In this document: one piece after another, positions 33,985-42,781 of the stretch
Layout: the number at the start of each line of letters is the position of its first letter
How positions within the stretch are numbered: the first letter of the stretch is position 1
Assembly (NCBI GenBank): GCA_964404925.1
Contig: CAYOLW010000001.1
Location: 222,665 to 269,991 of the forward strand
DNA: 47,327 bases
DNA from: an uncultured Candidatus Saccharibacteria bacterium
GTDB lineage: Bacteria; Patescibacteriota; Minisyncoccia; Phycocordibacterales; UBA9973
Direction: 5' to 3'
Position numbers and translations under genes: made by a program
The notes under the pieces: model-generated
What the model saw: the letters and a program-made list of their open reading frames with translations, nothing else
What the model was told of the DNA's origin: nothing
Databases searched by the model: none

Positions 33985-36900
33985 ATGAAATTCAAATTGT
34001 TTTTTCTGACCCTTGTTGCGTTCATGGTTACTTTCAGTAACCCTCTCAACGCACAAGACTGCGTTGGTATCCACATTACCCAGCAATGGAATTGTGCTGA
34101 TGCCACCGCAACCGCCACGGCTCACCCCGAAGGTGGTACAGCGCCATACACCTACAATTGGTCAAATGGCGATACTGGCCCGACTGCGACAGATCTGGCC
34201 CCTGGCCAGCATTACGTTACGGTTACCGACGCCGTTGGCTGCCTCCATGTTGAGGCTTGCATTGTTGTTGTGCCCGAGTGCTGTATTTGGTTTAGTGTGA
34301 CGAGTACACCTGATGACTGTAAACCGGCTAACAACGGTCAAATCGCAATCTGGGAAATTGGTGGCGGAGTTCCTCCGTACACTATATCAATCTCAAACGG
34401 TATGACGAAAGTTAGTAACGGCAATGCACCCATCTTCATTAACAATCTGCCATCCGGTACGTATTACATCACTGTTGCAGATGCTACTTGTTCAAATGAA
34501 CAAATGATTGAAGTTGAACAGGAAAAAAGCCCTACCGTGAAGTTATTTTCAAATGGGTTAACCTGTACTGCAGCAACCACGGATATTACGACGCAGGTAA
34601 CCAATGGCCCGGTTACATTCCTTTGGAACACTGGTGCCACAACAAACAAACTTACGAATGTAGGCCCTGGTACTTATGGTGTTATAGTAACGAACCCTAA
34701 TGGCTGTAGCGATAGTGACACAATTACGATCAGCGCTCCGGCACAAGTTGTATTGAGTGCGACTGCTACTCCAACAGCATGTGGTGAGAATAACGGTATG
34801 ATTAACGTTTCAACGACTGCGAGTACTGTTATGGTAGTAGCACCCAATGGCGCTATATACAACCTTAACGGTTCCGCAACGATTACAAATTTACAACCTG
34901 GCGTGTATGAAATCACTGCCACGAACAGCAACGGCTGTTCAATGGTTGAAACTGCAATCGTGGGTGATAGTCAGCCGGCGAAAGATTCAGTTTCTTGCGT
35001 AACGATTTGTCAACCTAGTTTTGTAAATGGTGTATGGGTTTCCTCAAGCACTACGCTTACGGACACCTTGATCAATGCAAATGGTTGCGATTTTTTATTC
35101 AAGTTGATGGTGAATTTACAAACGATCGACACAACACATCAAACTGCTTTCACTTGCTTCGGTGGTGTTATTACAGTTAACGGTGTCGAATACAAAAAGG
35201 ACACTACTGTTTATGCTCAAACAAATGGAAATTGCCCCGGACTCACAATTTGGGATCTGCAGTTTTCCGATGAACCTGATACATTGCTTATGCCTGCGGT
35301 GAAAGTATGCGGTGGTGACAGTGCTTCCGTTTATACATTTGAAAACACAATCGGCATAAACACCGACTGTGCTGAACTTGTTGTAATACGGACATTTGAA
35401 CACCAGCCTTACACCCTACAGTATTCCTTAAGCAGTGCTGACACAATATGTGGATTCACAAACAGAACCGATTCATTGTTCCAAAAAATTAGTGTTGATA
35501 ATCAGAATTGCGTTATTAACCAGCCCTATGGCTTGTTGGTAACCAATACTCCGAAAGTTGACACTATTCCTGGTCCAACCCACTACATATGCGGCACTCC
35601 CGCAAGTACGATTTGGGTTGAAACAAAGGATATAATGAATCTTGAAAACTGTAGCCGTAAAATTGAAGGATACTGGCAAATCACGGGTCCAAAGCCTCCG
35701 ATGGTAATCCTATATCAGGACACTTGCTATAACGGACCGTTTCCTATTGCACCGGTGCAAATTTTGCACTCGGATTGTAATCCGGACACCTTGATTATCC
35801 CAATTCCTTATAATTCGGTAATTACTCCAATCAGTAAAAATCTTTGCTATGGTGATACTCTTCACTTTGGCAATATAAACATTACTGAAGCAGGTAGTTA
35901 TGAAGTATTTGCAGGACAGACGACTCATGGTTGCGACAGTGTAAATTTGGTAAATGTTACCATGGTTTTCGGTTCTAAATTTCAAACCACCCAGGACACC
36001 TGCGGCCTTACAGTTGCCGGTGAAAAATTCTGGACAGTTACCACAAGCCCAAACGGCTGTGTTGATTCTACTGAGGTAACCCTGAAATGGGTGCCTGGTT
36101 TTGAACTTGATTCTGTTTTTACGACGTGCCGCAAACAAGATGCTGTTTGCCATTCTGACACTATTCAAAAAAATGGTTGCTGGGGGATTGTGCACTACGG
36201 TGCAGATTACCTCCCAAACACTTTTTCTGAAGTTGCCTACACCTGTGATTCGTTGCAGGCTGGTTTTACTGTGAAGGCTTGGCTTCCCGCTAACCCGAAC
36301 GATCCGACCGATTGCGATTCGATAGTTTGGCTGCACAAAATTTTGCGTACAATTCAACCGACTCAATTGAATCCAGTGGTACTTTGCCCTGGTGAAAATG
36401 TTTTGTTTGAAGGGCAAAATTATCCTGCACCACCTGCTGGTGAGTCTGTGACTTTAACAAAAACTTACATGACACTTGAAGGATGTGATTCAGTTGTTAC
36501 TCAGGTAGTAACCGGATTGCCTCAATCGAATCGTGAAGTTTTGTTGAATGTATGTCCTGACGGCGAAGTTTACTTTGCTGAAGCAGATACTATTCTGACA
36601 GTTGGAACGTATGTTTTTGAATTTCCGGTTTTCGGTGGTTGTAATGAGATAGTTACTGTATCTGTAACTGAGTACACTGCAAATCTTTTTGCTTTTGTTC
36701 CCCAGGACACGACTATCGTTATGCCTATCGGGGTTACTCCTGCTCAGGTTGACGGTATTGTACAGGCACTTGTTACAACAAGTTGGTTTGGTTCTTTGGA
36801 AGACACAACGTGGACAATTGTTCGGCACGAACTTTTTGGACCGACGATTGTAAATGACTCGATTAATCAATACTTGGAAGTATGGGGTTTTCAAGGCCCA

Positions 36901-37287
36901 TGCGGACAATTAGATACGAGTCGTATCATTAACGTAGTTTTCCCAAAACCTGCTAAACCGCCAGTGATTATTTGCGATGTGATTGTACAACTTGTTGGTA
37001 ATGATAAGATTTCGATTAATATTTTGAATAATATTGTGGAAGGAGACACTTTGTCTCAATTTACTTACAGTATTTATTCAAATGCAGGGGTTGCTACTAT
37101 GGGTACGCTCAAGTATAACCCCCTTACCAATGATGGGCTTAATTTGATTCCATTACCACAGGCTTTGCTTGGCTTAAACATGTACATTGTGCACGTTGAA
37201 GCCATTGGTGATCCAAGTGGCGACGTGTACATTCTGGTACCCCCAGGTTCAAGTCCTAATGCGACTTCAATGGGGATTTGTCGTTAA
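33985..37287 (+). CDS. 1100-aa Cys-rich secreted protein with 4 N-terminal SprB-type repeats and a beta-sandwich-like C-terminal domain
   Basis: The signal peptide ends ...SNPLNAQ. The repeats include GGTAPYTYNWSNGDTGPTATDLAPGQHYVTVTDAVGC and similar units. A ~700-aa region rich in Cys, Thr and Asn follows. The C-terminal ~90 aa loosely resemble a T9SS sorting domain. Codon usage matches 28781..30670 and not the backbone. Confidence 0.75.
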   Translation: MKFKLFFLTLVAFMVTFSNPLNAQDCVGIHITQQWNCADATATATAHPEGGTAPYTYNWSNGDTGPTATDLAPGQHYVTVTDAVGCLHVEACIVVVPECCIWFSVTSTPDDCKPANNGQIAIWEIGGGVPPYTISISNGMTKVSNGNAPIFINNLPSGTYYITVADATCSNEQMIEVEQEKSPTVKLFSNGLTCTAATTDITTQVTNGPVTFLWNTGATTNKLTNVGPGTYGVIVTNPNGCSDSDTITISAPAQVVLSATATPTACGENNGMINVSTTASTVMVVAPNGAIYNLNGSATITNLQPGVYEITATNSNGCSMVETAIVGDSQPAKDSVSCVTICQPSFVNGVWVSSSTTLTDTLINANGCDFLFKLMVNLQTIDTTHQTAFTCFGGVITVNGVEYKKDTTVYAQTNGNCPGLTIWDLQFSDEPDTLLMPAVKVCGGDSASVYTFENTIGINTDCAELVVIRTFEHQPYTLQYSLSSADTICGFTNRTDSLFQKISVDNQNCVINQPYGLLVTNTPKVDTIPGPTHYICGTPASTIWVETKDIMNLENCSRKIEGYWQITGPKPPMVILYQDTCYNGPFPIAPVQILHSDCNPDTLIIPIPYNSVITPISKNLCYGDTLHFGNINITEAGSYEVFAGQTTHGCDSVNLVNVTMVFGSKFQTTQDTCGLTVAGEKFWTVTTSPNGCVDSTEVTLKWVPGFELDSVFTTCRKQDAVCHSDTIQKNGCWGIVHYGADYLPNTFSEVAYTCDSLQAGFTVKAWLPANPNDPTDCDSIVWLHKILRTIQPTQLNPVVLCPGENVLFEGQNYPAPPAGESVTLTKTYMTLEGCDSVVTQVVTGLPQSNREVLLNVCPDGEVYFAEADTILTVGTYVFEFPVFGGCNEIVTVSVTEYTANLFAFVPQDTTIVMPIGVTPAQVDGIVQALVTTSWFGSLEDTTWTIVRHELFGPTIVNDSINQYLEVWGFQGPCGQLDTSRIINVVFPKPAKPPVIICDVIVQLVGNDKISINILNNIVEGDTLSQFTYSIYSNAGVATMGTLKYNPLTNDGLNLIPLPQALLGLNMYIVHVEAIGDPSGDVYILVPPGSSPNATSMGICR

Positions 37288-37307
37288 ACAATGCATTCAT
37301 CACAAAA

Positions 37308-37353
37308 GTGCGGCGACACATACCTCGCTATGGCACACAGAATGTCGCCGCAC
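37308..37353 (+). terminator. Hairpin after the 1100-aa gene
   Basis: GTGCGGCGACA-N24-TGTCGCCGCAC is a perfect 11-bp stem, followed only by TTT. Confidence 0.45.
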
Positions 37354-37371
37354 TTTCAACTAACTTAAAAA

Positions 37372-38760
37372 TTGAAACAGATATTTTTTTCCGCCATTCT
37401 CTTAATGCTCGCACATGTTGCGGGTTTGGCACAGAACTTTAAAAAACCCGCAAATCTTCCGGACTGCAATATATCCGCAATTCCTTTTAGGAATGAAGCA
37501 ACGGGTGTTAATCAACCTCATGCTGCACGGCTTTATGCCCTGCTTATGAACACTGGAGGTGCGGCTGTTGCCACAACAGATTCTGCTGCCCTTCATAGCG
37601 TAGAAGAGGCTTTGAATAGTGGAAACGAAATGCAAGTTACCGGCTACGTTGCTGGTGTGTCTATATCTAACGGACAACCTTGTATTAGTTTTAGTGAAAA
37701 ACAAAGCACTATCACTGCTGTCCCTTGGTTTCGCTGGGACGGCACCTGGATGGTTTATATAAGAACTGGATGTCAAAACCCGGTACTTGTATTTGCACCG
37801 TCTGAAGGTAAAGGTGTGGACGAAACTCCAATACTGGGCAGGGGAGATATTAACATAACTCTTACCAGTACTACGATTAACAACATTTCTCTTAGTATAA
37901 CTAATCCAACACAAGCAGCAGTATGTTGCCCTAAGTTTGGACAGACTGAATTTTCTGCCTACGTAACCAGCCGTTCCCTGAAGGGTAGCATCTTGCTTCC
38001 TCAAGACTGGGAACCTGCTGCTGGTATAAGTATGATAAACAGAAAATTGGTATTAGGCCCAAATGATGAGGTTTACGGAAAACCCGTTGGATGGAAAACT
38101 ATTGGTGAACTTTACATGCGTGTAGCGGAAAAATCTGGAGAAGCACCATGTGATACATGTGGTATATGGAGAAAGAAAGGAAAAAATCGTAACTTTGGTG
38201 TTGCGATTGCGACAGGACCGGTGCTTTTGGGATGGAAGCCATTTGAATCAATTCCTTGGTTGAGTGTTCGTGCAAGTCTTATGGCTCGCTACGAAACACC
38301 AATTCGTAAAAATGAAAATGCTGGTTGGAAAGGCTTTTCTATAGCAAGTAAGATTGATTTATTGATTGGTCGCGCTTATAAACCACATCTTGAATTGGGT
38401 ATCGGTGAAAAGTGGCATCCATTTCCTGTAGAACCTAAACCTGGCCCTGGTGCATTTAATACAGAGTTCACGGCTACTTTCGTTGTTCCTTTTGGACAAA
38501 GTGAAGAGCCTCCTCGTTTTGTAAAAAATGCAAAGAACAGATCTTCAAAGGTTGCTAAAAATGCACCTAAAAAAATCTGGAAAGGTACGAAAAAAGCAGG
38601 AAAAACAACTTGGAAAGCAACTAAAAAGGGAGCAAAAGCAACCTGGAAAGGTGCTCGCAAGTTGAGCAAATGGACTGCGAAAAAGTTTAAAAAGACTTTT
38701 AGCAAGAAAAATAAGAAGGAAGAAACTTCACCCGTTGAAAAACAGGGTGAGAACAAGTAA
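37372..38760 (+). CDS. Secreted protein of unknown function with a polycationic Trp/Lys-periodic C-terminal tail
   Basis: It has a TTG start and the signal peptide MKQIFFSAILLMLAHVAGLAQ. The last ~80 aa read KIWKGTKKAGKTTWKATKKGAKATWKGARKLSKWTAKKFKKTFSKKNKK. Confidence 0.6.
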   Translation: MKQIFFSAILLMLAHVAGLAQNFKKPANLPDCNISAIPFRNEATGVNQPHAARLYALLMNTGGAAVATTDSAALHSVEEALNSGNEMQVTGYVAGVSISNGQPCISFSEKQSTITAVPWFRWDGTWMVYIRTGCQNPVLVFAPSEGKGVDETPILGRGDINITLTSTTINNISLSITNPTQAAVCCPKFGQTEFSAYVTSRSLKGSILLPQDWEPAAGISMINRKLVLGPNDEVYGKPVGWKTIGELYMRVAEKSGEAPCDTCGIWRKKGKNRNFGVAIATGPVLLGWKPFESIPWLSVRASLMARYETPIRKNENAGWKGFSIASKIDLLIGRAYKPHLELGIGEKWHPFPVEPKPGPGAFNTEFTATFVVPFGQSEEPPRFVKNAKNRSSKVAKNAPKKIWKGTKKAGKTTWKATKKGAKATWKGARKLSKWTAKKFKKTFSKKNKKEETSPVEKQGENK

Positions 38761-38916
38761 CGGCTTGGTTTTGACCAAGCAAACCCTAAACCCCGAGGGT
38801 GATTAAGTGAGAGAGGAAACAAATTATAGTTCTTTATATAGGCTGATGTCAGCCAAACTTGTACTCCCAAGTATTTTATTGGAGTTAATCAAATCCCGAT
38901 TCTTCGGGAAAACTTT

Positions 38917-38951
38917 AGGCCCTTGTTGTAAATACAACTTGGGCCTTTTTT
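38917..38951 (+). terminator. Rho-independent terminator
   Basis: AGGCCC..GTTG-TAAATA-CAAC..GGGCCT followed by T6, preceded by a smaller TCCCGA-TTCT-TCGGGA hairpin at 38894-38909. Confidence 0.65.
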
Positions 38952-38988
38952 ATTTCCCGAAATAGCGTTTTTGGGATAAATATGTAAT

Positions 38989-39780
38989 ATGGGTGCAAAC
39001 GTTCCTTTATTTTTTAACTTAAAACAAAAAATTACGATGGAAGAGAAATCCAAACCTTGGCAATTTGTCGTAATTTTTCTTGTTTGTCTTTTAGTCTACT
39101 TTCTGCTGCCTGATCGTACGATCAATGGTGTTGTGAAGAGTGATTACGAGAAGATAGTGGAAAATTATGACAGTTTAAAAGTACGCTACAATGCCTACAA
39201 GGCAAGCGGGCGCAAAGCTGGTATTATGACCGGTGAGCAAATAGACGACTTGCGAGAAATATTTATATTTCTTTATGCAAGTGAAGCACAAGAGGTTCGG
39301 ACCAAATATCGTATACCGGCTTCGGTGTGTATGGCCCAAGCCATAATTGAAAGTGATGCTGGGACATCTTTCCTAGCAGATAGCGTATCCAATTTCTTCG
39401 GAATGAAGGACATCGAACATTCACATTCTAATTACCTCAATGAATGCTTTGAGTGTTGTATCCAGCATCCGGATGACGATGCTTGGGATCATTTCAAAAG
39501 GTACAATGATCCTCAAGAATCTTTTACTGATTATGCAGAAAAGATTTCTGGAAGTAGGCGGTATAATCGTTGCTTTAAATGCGGTGATGATTATAAATGT
39601 TGGGCGCGCAGGCTGGAGAAAGCAGGCTATGCTACGAACGATCAATATGCAGAAATGCTGATTGATTTAATTGAAAGGTATAAACTGCAGAAACTTGATA
39701 ACGGCAAAAAGTACACATTAACTCCCCAGCAAATCAAAAGATTAACAGGGGAGAAGGAGAAAAAGAAGAAAAACAAATAA
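38989..39780 (+). CDS. Membrane-anchored GH73 N-acetylglucosaminidase (mannosyl-glycoprotein endo-beta-N-acetylglucosaminidase family)
   Basis: It has a TM helix and RIPASVCMAQAIIESDAGTS...NFFGMK...YATNDQYAEMLIDLI, typical of the GH73/FlgJ-type glucosaminidase domain. TAAATA lies 6 nt upstream of the ATG at 38989. An alternative start is at 39037. Confidence 0.75.
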   Translation: MGANVPLFFNLKQKITMEEKSKPWQFVVIFLVCLLVYFLLPDRTINGVVKSDYEKIVENYDSLKVRYNAYKASGRKAGIMTGEQIDDLREIFIFLYASEAQEVRTKYRIPASVCMAQAIIESDAGTSFLADSVSNFFGMKDIEHSHSNYLNECFECCIQHPDDDAWDHFKRYNDPQESFTDYAEKISGSRRYNRCFKCGDDYKCWARRLEKAGYATNDQYAEMLIDLIERYKLQKLDNGKKYTLTPQQIKRLTGEKEKKKKNK

Positions 39781-39808
39781 ACCCCGGGCACTAGCTGCTC
39801 GGGGTTTT
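39781..39808 (+). terminator. Rho-independent terminator
   Basis: ACCCCG-N13-CGGGGT followed by TTT. Confidence 0.6.
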
Positions 39809-39832
39809 AAAATTTGGTGATATAATCTAAAC

Positions 39833-40336
39833 ATGGAAAACAATAAGAAAAATACAAGCCTTATAATTAGCATTATTGCTGTGGTGGGCGTTATTGCTGG
39901 TGGTGTGTATTATTATAAATATGTACCCAAGGATGAGACCTCAAAGGAAAACACGTTTGTCGTTGATTCAAAAATATTTGCTACCACTCCTAAAGAAATA
40001 TTTCTAGAACGCAATACTGGACTCTATGACGCAGAATCCTTTGACGAGATGATGGCTGTCTCAAAAAAGTATGACAGTGTTGAGAGAGTGAAAGAAAATG
40101 AATCACTTTTTAAAGAAGCGAACAATAGTAAAAAGGAAGCATTCTTTGGGTTTGCGCAGGCGCTCATGGTGCCCACATCCAGCTTTACCAGCGTAGAAGA
40201 GACCGTGTCTGGGGATACAGCACAGGTGATAGCGATAGACAGCAAGGGTAATCAATCTACAGCGAATTTTGTCAAAGAAGGTGGCGACTGGAAAATAAGC
40301 GAAATCAAGGTTCTGCAGATGCCGGGTCAAAGATAA
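39833..40336 (+). CDS. Membrane-anchored hypothetical protein
   Basis: It has an N-terminal TM helix and a small globular C-terminus ending ...FVKEGGDWKISEIKV. TGaTATAAT lies 6 nt upstream of the ATG. Confidence 0.45.
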   Translation: MENNKKNTSLIISIIAVVGVIAGGVYYYKYVPKDETSKENTFVVDSKIFATTPKEIFLERNTGLYDAESFDEMMAVSKKYDSVERVKENESLFKEANNSKKEAFFGFAQALMVPTSSFTSVEETVSGDTAQVIAIDSKGNQSTANFVKEGGDWKISEIKVLQMPGQR

Positions 40337-40338
40337 AA

Positions 40339-41133
40339 ATGAAGTTACGTAATTTACTTTTAATTTTAATTATTTTATTTGGGGAACTCGTAGGAGTGGC
40401 CTGGTATTTAGGCTTTGATAAAAGTAAATTAAGTGACTTGTCTTTTTACCTCGATTTAGCTAATCCTTCAGTTAAAGTTGTACGGGTAGTGGAAGGTATG
40501 CGTAAAGAAGAGATTGCCGAACAAGTAGCCAAGAAGCTCGGCTGGGGTGAAGAAGATAAAGAAAATTTCTTGAATGCACATATCGCTTTTAATACCCCGG
40601 ACTTAGAAGGCCGATATTTCCCCAAGACATATTTGATTGATATTAAGGATAATCCAAGTGATGTGTCGAACGCAATGGTGTCTGAATTTGAGAAGCAAAC
40701 AGAAAAGATTAAAAAGCCCACCAAATCGCTCGTCATGAATGAAGATACTATGATAAAAATTGCTTCAATTATTCAGCGTGAAGCTGCAGGTAAAAACGAC
40801 ATGCGTTTAATATCTGGGGTTATTTGGAATAGAATTTGGATCGGAATGAAACTCCAGATGGATGCGACACTTCAGTATGCCAAAGGTAGCGAAGAGGAAG
40901 GATGGTGGCCGAGAGTAGAATCAGGAGATAAAAATATTGAATCTTATTACAATACGTATATGTATAAGGGTCTGCCTCCGGGACCTATTGGTAACCCAGG
41001 GTTTGATGCATTAGAAGCGGCATACAACCCGCAGCCAACCACATGCCTGTTCTATATACACGACAAAAAACGCAAAATTCACTGCGCTGAAACATATGAA
41101 CAGCATAAAAAGAATATAGATAAGTATTTGTAG
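40339..41133 (+). CDS. mltG: Endolytic murein transglycosylase MltG (YceG-like)
   Basis: It has an N-terminal TM and ASIIQREA...DATLQYA...YNTYMYKGLPPGPIGNPG, typical of the YceG/MltG family. Confidence 0.85.
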   Translation: MKLRNLLLILIILFGELVGVAWYLGFDKSKLSDLSFYLDLANPSVKVVRVVEGMRKEEIAEQVAKKLGWGEEDKENFLNAHIAFNTPDLEGRYFPKTYLIDIKDNPSDVSNAMVSEFEKQTEKIKKPTKSLVMNEDTMIKIASIIQREAAGKNDMRLISGVIWNRIWIGMKLQMDATLQYAKGSEEEGWWPRVESGDKNIESYYNTYMYKGLPPGPIGNPGFDALEAAYNPQPTTCLFYIHDKKRKIHCAETYEQHKKNIDKYL

Positions 41134-41206
41134 TGGACCCTAGCGGATTCGAACCGCTGACCTCCTCATTGCAAATGAGGCGCTCTACCAACTAAGCTAA
41201 GGGCCC
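41134..41206 (-). tRNA. tRNA-Ala (UGC), no encoded CCA
   Basis: The reverse complement is GGGCCCUUAGCUUAGUUGGUAGAGCGCCUCAUUUGCAAUGAGGAGGUCAGCGGUUCGAAUCCGCUAGGGUCCA. The G3:U70 identity pair is present. Confidence 0.92.
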
Positions 41207-41284
41207 AATAGATGCCATTTTATATTATTTAAGAAATTTTGCAAACTTGAAAAATGCTATTTTTAGTATAAGCTATAAAACACT

Positions 41285-41355
41285 GGGCCCATAGTTAAGT
41301 GGTATAACGCGTCCATGGCATGGATGAGGCCGGAGTTCAATTCTCCGTGGGTCCA
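41285..41355 (+). tRNA. tRNA-Ala (GGC), no encoded CCA
   Basis: The sequence is GGGCCCAUAGUUAAGUGGUAUAACGCGUCCAUGGCAUGGAUGAGGCCGGAGUUCAAUUCUCCGUGGGUCCA. The anticodon loop is AUGGCAU and G3:U70 is present. Confidence 0.88.
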
Positions 41356-41361
41356 CATTTA

Positions 41362-42411
41362 ATGAATAAATACACAAACCGTAAACATAAATTCTATAAT
41401 ACCTCTGTCAAAGCTTGGCAGGGTATGTATGAGGCAATCCAGTCAGCTCGTATCTCTGTTTATATGGAAATGTATATTTTCCTTGATGATATCAAGGAAT
41501 TCGATTTCGTTTCTTTGCTGATCCAAAAAGCAAAAAGCGGTGTACAGGTAAAAATAATTCTAGACGCCTATGGTTCTATGGAATTAAACAGGAAATCTAT
41601 TGCCCAATTAAAAGAGGCTGGTATTGAGGTGTTTTTCATAAGTTATTTCTGGCATCGACTGCACAGGAAGATATTAATTATAGATGAGCAAACGGCATTT
41701 TTTGGAGGAGTGAATATTCATCATTCTGCAAAAGAGTGGCTGGATTTGATGATGGAAATTCGTGGCAAAATAGTAGAGAGGTTTGTTCGTATTTTTGCAC
41801 GAGATTACGTTTTGGCTGGGGGGAGTCGATCCTGTTTTGGTGGCACATAATAAAAAGGTTTTTTTACATAAAACTCGGACTTTTATCGTAGACCATTTGC
41901 CTATGATCAAAAAGTTCCGAATGAAAGATTTATATAAAGATCATATTGCCCTAGCAAAAAAAGAGATAACCCTAGTGACTCCGTATTTTGTGCCTAAAAG
42001 GTGGTTCGTTGCATTACTACACCAGGCTGTGTTGCGTGGGGTGGAGGTCAGCGTTATTATTCCCGAGAATACAGAACATGTACTCTTAACTAAGACTAAT
42101 TATTTTTATATGAATCGTGCTCAAAAGCTAGGAATAAAGTTTTACTTAGGTAACAGTATGAACCATGCAAAGATTATGCTAATAGATAGCGATGAAGCTT
42201 TAATTGGTTCACAAAATTTAGACTTTTGTCTTTTGAATTAAACTCAGAGATAGGTGTTTTCTTTAAGCAGAGGGGTGTTGTGACTAATTTATATAATATA
42301 ACCTCAAAATGGAAAAGCCAGTCAAAACCATTGATTGAATCCAAATACAGACTCAATTTTTTTGAAAGGATATTTGCCCATATTCTTAACGTCTTTGTGC
42401 AGATTTTGTAA
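41362..42411 (+). pseudogene. Cardiolipin synthase / phospholipase D family gene disrupted by two frameshifts
   Basis: HKD motif 1 (HRKILIIDEQTAFFGGVNI) is in frame 1 and HKD motif 2 (HAKIMLIDSDEALIGSQNLD) is in frame 2. The tail SFELNSEIGVFF is back in frame 1. The shifts are near the G6 run at 41818-41823 and at about 42224-42232. The start is set at ATG 41362 because the track start (41320) lies inside tRNA-Ala. Confidence 0.8.
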
Positions 42412-42471
42412 TTTGTCTTTTTATTATTTTCTGATAATATGTAAATGTTCTGTAAGGTTAGTTAAATACAT

Positions 42472-42512
42472 TCGGGAGTAGCTCTCCGCCGGCTGGCGGA
42501 GGTAGAGTGGTC
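42472..42512 (+). pseudogene. Duplicated 5' half of tRNA-Asn with a 16-nt hairpin replacing part of the D-loop
   Basis: TCGGGAGTAGCTC[TCCGCCGGCTGGCGGA]GGTAGAGTGGTC compares with TCGGGAGTAGCTCAGCGGTAGAGCGGTC at 42772-42799 in the intact gene. Confidence 0.75.
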
Positions 42513-42529
42513 TAATATATAATTCTTTT

Positions 42530-42781
42530 ATGAATTACTATGTTTATGCCATTTACAATCGTCAGCATGGTAAGATTTATATAGGCCAGACAGTCGATTT
42601 AGAAAAAAGACTATCTGAGCATAATAATAAAGTTTACAAAGGTTTTACGAGTCGTTTTAATGGTGAATGGATTATTATTCACCAAGAGATATACGAATCT
42701 AGAGAAAAAGCTTTGATTCGTGAAAAACAACTTAAATCTTTTAGAGGCAGGGAATACGTTCGAAAACAAATTCGGGAGTAG
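42530..42781 (+). CDS. Small GIY-YIG nuclease-family protein (UPF0213/YhbQ-like)
   Basis: It has YYVYAIYNRQHGKIYIGQTVDLEKRLSEHN (GIY-N10-YIG) and a conserved Arg/Glu region. TATAAT lies 6 nt upstream of the ATG. The stop codon TAG (42779-42781) lies inside tRNA-Asn. Confidence 0.8.
   Translation: MNYYVYAIYNRQHGKIYIGQTVDLEKRLSEHNNKVYKGFTSRFNGEWIIIHQEIYESREKALIREKQLKSFRGREYVRKQIRE

Noticed and set aside
35116-38870. Long antisense ORFs in the second block (35710..36417-, 36490..36909-, 37402..38004-, 38376..38870-).
   Set aside because: They are antisense to ORFs with clear signal peptides and repeat domains. Long spurious antisense frames are expected in this more GC-rich DNA, and none has a recognisable motif.
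28700-38960. Simple chimeric misassembly was considered as the explanation for the Bacteroidota-like blocks.
   Set aside because: It is not excluded but judged less likely. It would need four junctions, and native-type promoters and native genes (rnpB, clp-like) lie between and directly upstream of the blocks. Read mapping is needed to settle this.
41320-41361. The track start of the PLD-family ORF at 41320.
   Set aside because: That start lies inside tRNA-Ala(GGC). The first plausible start is the ATG at 41362.
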